64,000 bases of DNA from an uncultured bacterium. Lineage in GTDB: Bacteria; Zixibacteria; MSB-5A5; GN15; FEB-12. Of the stretch, positions 60,371-64,000 are shown in pieces (the stretch's first letter is position 1; each line of letters opens with the position of its first letter). Made by a program: the position numbers and the translations under genes. The notes below the pieces were generated by a model, which had not been told where the DNA came from, did no database searches, and worked only from the letters and a program-made list of their open reading frames with translations. Location of the stretch: NCBI GenBank assembly GCA_965372795.1, contig CBDVDR010000011.1, positions 32,001 to 96,000 of the forward strand, read 5' to 3'.

Positions 60371-60404
60371 ATTCGCAATTTAATTCAATTAATAATGCAT
60401 AAAA

Positions 60405-60430
60405 AGTAACTTTTACCCACATTTACCGTA
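60405..60430 (+). promoter_or_regulatory. ECF-sigma-type promoter
   Basis: AGTAAC(60405-60410)-TTTT..N16-CGTA(60427-60430). Confidence 0.55.
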
Positions 60431-60468
60431 CTTAAAAGCAGATTAAATGCATTCTTTGAGGAGGAAAG

Positions 60469-61701
60469 ATGAGACATATCAAATTTCTTACAATTGTCCT
60501 AGCCGGAATTTTGCTAATTGCGGCTTTCTCTTATGCCAAGGATAATGGAAGAATTTATGGAAAAATAACAACCGTTGATGGAGATACCTTTAAAGGTCCA
60601 ATTCGGTGGGATAAAAATGAAGGCAATTGGGTTGATGTACTCGATGGCACCAAAGAAATGGACCGTCGCGATAGAAGAAGTAAGAGAAAATATAGCCGGA
60701 GAAGATCCAATTTTGAAATATTCGGTATTTCAGTTGGAACCGGAGGGTCGGTTTATTATTCAGGTAATGCTCAATCAGGAATCAGATTTGGTCATATTGA
60801 AAAGCTTGAAGTGCTGGATGATAATAGCGCTATGTTATATTTGAAAAGCGGCGAACAAGTTGAGATGTATAACGGTTCAACCGACATTGGTACTTCGATT
60901 CGTGAGATAGTTATTGAAGATGAAAACGAAGGTGAAATTGAACTGGTTTGGGACGATATCGAAATGATTGAATTCTCAGATTCTGATGATAATTTCAATT
61001 CTGTCTTTGGCGATCGACTATACGGGACTCTAACAACCAGACGCGGTGATGAATTTACAGGTTTTATTTGCTGGGATGTTGATGAGCTATTTTATAATGA
61101 TATTCTTGATGGTGACAATAAAGGACGATCACGTAAAATTAAATTCGGTAAAATTGACACTATTGAACGTTATAGCTCAAGCGGTGCCACGGTTATTCTT
61201 AAAAATGGTGATGATTTGTTGCTCAAAGGAACCAATGATGTTAATGAATCCAATAGCGGTATAATCGTATCTGATCCTTCTTTTGGTCAAATTATTGTTA
61301 AATGGAATGAATTTGATAATGTTAAATTTTATGAACCTTCTGAAAAAATTAAATATTCTCAATTTGACGGCGGAAAACCTCTTAAGGGTACTGTATATAC
61401 AGAAGATGGCGATGAATTCACTGGAAGAATCAGATGGGACGACGATGAAGAATACACTTGGGAACTCCTTGATGGCAATTTCAGGAAGATCGCTTTTGAT
61501 ATAGAATTTGGTAAGATTAAATCAATCGAAAAACGTTCTTATAAATCATCAATAGTTACTGTTTTGGATGGAAGAAGTTTCAGACTTAGCGGTTCTAATG
61601 ATGTTGATGATGACAATAAGGGAATTATTATCTTTCTTGATGATGGAGAAGAGATTGAGATTGATTGGGATGATTTTGAAAAAGTGGAATTTGATAATTA
61701 A
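60469..61701 (+). CDS. Exported hypothetical protein with three tandem repeats
   Basis: GAGGAGG SD, signal peptide; three units G...T..GD.F.G.I.WD..E.....LDG...I.FG.I..IE...G..D...I.W.....F. Confidence 0.85.
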   Translation: MRHIKFLTIVLAGILLIAAFSYAKDNGRIYGKITTVDGDTFKGPIRWDKNEGNWVDVLDGTKEMDRRDRRSKRKYSRRRSNFEIFGISVGTGGSVYYSGNAQSGIRFGHIEKLEVLDDNSAMLYLKSGEQVEMYNGSTDIGTSIREIVIEDENEGEIELVWDDIEMIEFSDSDDNFNSVFGDRLYGTLTTRRGDEFTGFICWDVDELFYNDILDGDNKGRSRKIKFGKIDTIERYSSSGATVILKNGDDLLLKGTNDVNESNSGIIVSDPSFGQIIVKWNEFDNVKFYEPSEKIKYSQFDGGKPLKGTVYTEDGDEFTGRIRWDDDEEYTWELLDGNFRKIAFDIEFGKIKSIEKRSYKSSIVTVLDGRSFRLSGSNDVDDDNKGIIIFLDDGEEIEIDWDDFEKVEFDN

Positions 61702-61728
61702 CTAATTAAGCTAATCGTGTCATTTAAT

Positions 61729-61756
61729 AAAACGTCGAATCATCGGCGTTTTTTTT
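61729..61756 (+). terminator. Rho-independent terminator
   Basis: AAAACGTCGA-ATCA-TCGGCGTTTT + T tract. Confidence 0.8.
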
Positions 61757-61760
61757 ATAT

Positions 61761-61789
61761 AAAAAAAACCCCGAAAAATCGGGGTTTTT
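61761..61789 (-). terminator. Bidirectional Rho-independent terminator (ends the minus-strand operon)
   Basis: A8-CCCCGA-AAAA-TCGGGG-T5 between convergent genes. Confidence 0.85.
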
Positions 61790-61812
61790 AATATTACAAA
61801 TCATTTATTTAC

Positions 61813-62715
61813 TTACTGTAAATCTTTGGCTTCTTTTAATTCCTGTAATTCTTTAATATGCTGTTTAGCCTGTGTTAACTGGGCTTTGGCTCTGGAATTT
61901 GTTTTTGCAATTTTCACAAAATCCTGCCAAGCAGAAATATTAACACCGACATTATCGGGGTCGTTTGATTCAACTGCGATAGCATAGTTATAAGCGGCAA
62001 GATACTTTTTAGGGTTAGCCTTTAAAGCCGCTTTAAAAGATTTGGAAGCGCTTTTATATTTTTCCTGACCTAAATATATTTGACCAAGAGCAAAATGAGC
62101 ATTGTAGTTTTTACTTTTAAGTTCAACCGATTTTTTTAATGCCGGTATCGCCTGAGCTGATTTATTTAGTTTTTGATAACCTTTGCCAAGCATAAAATAA
62201 GTCAACTGATCGCCGCCGCCTGTTTCATGGCATTTAGCTAAGGCATCAACCATTTCAGAATAATTGCGTTTATAATAATAAACTTTACCCATCTGTTTTA
62301 ACAGATCACTGTTATCAGGTTTTAAAGCCAGAGCAGCTTTGAAAGATTGTTCTGCTTCAGTGTATTTTTTTAATTTTAATTCAATACTGCCAAGGTTGGA
62401 AAATGCTTCAACGTTTGAAGCATCAATCTCAGTTGCTTTCTTAAACATATCCATGGCATTATCATATTCTTTTTGCTCAAAATAAATAGCGCCTAAATTA
62501 ATATAAGGATCGACGTAACTCTGGTCTTCGCCGATAGAAGCTTTGTATGCTAATATTGCAGCGTCAATTTTGCCTTCCTGTTTTGCTTTGATACCGACAT
62601 TGTAATGTTCTTTAGATTTGTTAGCATCGGCAAAGCCAGTTGATGCAATAGCCATAAGACAGAAAACAATTAAGAACAGAATCGGGGATAACCAGTTTTT
62701 TCTGGGTTCAACCAT
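61813..62715 (-). CDS. Exported TPR protein
   Basis: ATG 62715 after AAAGGAG SD; signal peptide; about 7 TPRs. Confidence 0.85.
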   Translation of the reverse strand: MVEPRKNWLSPILFLIVFCLMAIASTGFADANKSKEHYNVGIKAKQEGKIDAAILAYKASIGEDQSYVDPYINLGAIYFEQKEYDNAMDMFKKATEIDASNVEAFSNLGSIELKLKKYTEAEQSFKAALALKPDNSDLLKQMGKVYYYKRNYSEMVDALAKCHETGGGDQLTYFMLGKGYQKLNKSAQAIPALKKSVELKSKNYNAHFALGQIYLGQEKYKSASKSFKAALKANPKKYLAAYNYAIAVESNDPDNVGVNISAWQDFVKIAKTNSRAKAQLTQAKQHIKELQELKEAKDLQ

Positions 62716-62786
62716 ATACACTCCTTTAATAGTATTATATATATTCATAGATTATAACGCTTTTATAAGAAATCCGTTCAGGAAAT

Positions 62787-63233
62787 TTATAGAGAATTTC
62801 GATAATTCTCATGTTTTTGCTTAATTTCGGGATACTTTAAGGCTAAAATTCTGCCAGCCAGCACAGCTGCGTTCTTTGCGCCTGGTTTACCTATCGCTAC
62901 TGATGCAACTGGTATCCCCGGAGGCATTTGCACTATTGATAGCAAAGAATCCATTCCATTTAGAGCAGCCGGTAATGGTACTCCGATTACAGGTAAATTT
63001 GAATGAGCGGCTGCAACTCCCGGAAGGGCTGCTGATAAACCAGCCATTGCAATAATAACATCAAAACCGTCTTTTTCTGCATTTTCAGTTATTGATTTGG
63101 TTCTTTCAGGATGACGATGAGCAGAAGAAATTTCAATTGAGGATTCAATTCCAAGTTCATTAAGTTGTTTAGCGCAGATTTCTGAATACTCTGAATCGGA
63201 TTTTGAACCGATGACAATTAAGGCTTTTGGCAT
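62787..63233 (-). CDS. purE: PurE (N5-CAIR mutase / AIR carboxylase family)
   Basis: GSKSD, SAHR.P, AG.SAALPG, PVIGVP, D.LLSIVQMP.G.PVA; ATG 63233 one nt after the purD stop. Confidence 0.95.
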   Translation of the reverse strand: MPKALIVIGSKSDSEYSEICAKQLNELGIESSIEISSAHRHPERTKSITENAEKDGFDVIIAMAGLSAALPGVAAAHSNLPVIGVPLPAALNGMDSLLSIVQMPPGIPVASVAIGKPGAKNAAVLAGRILALKYPEIKQKHENYRNSL

Positions 63234-63234
63234 T

Positions 63235-64000
63235 TTATTTTTTCCCTTGTACATTTAAAACTCTGAAACCAATATCTTTACGATATCTGGCTCCTTCGAA
63301 TTTGATTCGATTTACCATTCGATAAGCCCTGTTTAAGGCTTGCTGTAGATTACGATCTATCCCGGTGACGCCAAGAACTCTTCCACCGGATGTTTCGAAA
63401 TTATTTTCGTTTCTTACTGTTCCAGCATGGAAGACAATACAATTGTCATCAGGCTTGTTTGGCAACCCGCTAATTTTAAGTCCGGTTGAATATTTACCGG
63501 GATAGCCTTTGGAAGCCATTACAACACAAGCAGCACTTTCCTGGCGCCAGTTAAGTTTCTGAATAGATCCAAGTTTCTTATTTGCAGTGGCGAGCATGAT
63601 CTCTACCAGATCAGTTTTTAGAAGGGGGAGAACCACTTGAGTCTCCGGATCACCAAAACGACAATTATATTCAAGTACTTTTGGACCTTGATCAGTAAGC
63701 ATCAGACCGGCATAAATAATACCTTTATAATTGATTCCTTCTTTTTGAAGCCCAATTACAGTGGGCTGTAAAACATATTCCATGATCTTACTCATGACTT
63801 CTTTAGTTGCCAGTGTGGTCGGGCTGTAGGCACCCATACCACCCGTATTAGGACCGCGATCACCATCAAAAGCCTGTTTATGGTCCTGACTTGGGAGTAG
63901 AGGGAGGATTGTTTTTCCATCGGTAAAAGCCATTATCGAGAGTTCCTGACCCTGCATAAATGACTCAACAATAATTCTCTCGCCGGCATCCCCGAATACA
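63235..64000 (-). CDS. purD: Phosphoribosylamine--glycine ligase, C-terminal part (continues beyond window)
   Basis: QDHK...DGD.GPNTGGMGAYSP, EYNCRFGDPETQ, GYPG.Y, TSGGRVL, YRKDIG; frame open to window edge (VFGDAGERIIVESF). Confidence 0.98.
   Translation of the reverse strand, partial: VFGDAGERIIVESFMQGQELSIMAFTDGKTILPLLPSQDHKQAFDGDRGPNTGGMGAYSPTTLATKEVMSKIMEYVLQPTVIGLQKEGINYKGIIYAGLMLTDQGPKVLEYNCRFGDPETQVVLPLLKTDLVEIMLATANKKLGSIQKLNWRQESAACVVMASKGYPGKYSTGLKISGLPNKPDDNCIVFHAGTVRNENNFETSGGRVLGVTGIDRNLQQALNRAYRMVNRIKFEGARYRKDIGFRVLNVQGKK

Noticed and set aside
1..64000. CRISPR arrays, IS elements, prophage, rRNA
   Set aside because: No regularly spaced repeats, transposase/integrase/phage motifs or rRNA-like sequence; the window is almost fully covered by assignable genes

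Overview
AT-rich bacterial chromosomal window, almost entirely + strand until 61.7 kb. The gene content suggests a flagellated diderm of the FCB group, probably Zixibacteria-like (inference from FlgD-Ig/T9SS-type C-terminal domains, a PorV-like barrel, bS22, rny-ymdB and lapAB). 1-17 kb: late flagellar cluster (flgI, flgJ fused to a lytic transglycosylase, flgN, flgK, csrA, flgL, fliW, TPR-GT2 glycosyltransferase, fliC, fliD, fliS, FliT/FlgN-like, FlgM-like, HDOD) with sigma28 promoters and several GGA-loop (CsrA-type) hairpins. 17-28 kb: tRNA-Val(GAC), thrS-infC(ATA start)-rpmI-rplT-pheST-zapB-zapA-rny-ymdB-folD, with an unexplained H-type pseudoknot before ymdB. 28-44 kb is the most interesting block: a sigma54-type promoter, a large secreted cargo, a PorV-like barrel-TPR protein, a membrane RsbW-kinase/HAMP/PP2C bifunctional sensor and a STAS-HTH protein with an A10 slippery run, followed by a diguanylate cyclase and polysaccharide export genes. 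It resembles a SypE/SypA- or HsbR/HsbA-type motility-biofilm switch. 44-57 kb: lapA-lapB-SPOR-mutS-mutL-miaA-mltD(sigma28)-sppA-HU plus an unannotated 31-aa bS22. 57-64 kb: a propeller/BACON/CTD surface protein, an exported protein of six Sm-like units behind an ECF-type promoter, then convergent TPR-purE-purD(partial). No mobile elements, CRISPR or rRNA seen. All calls come from reading the sequence; no searches were run.
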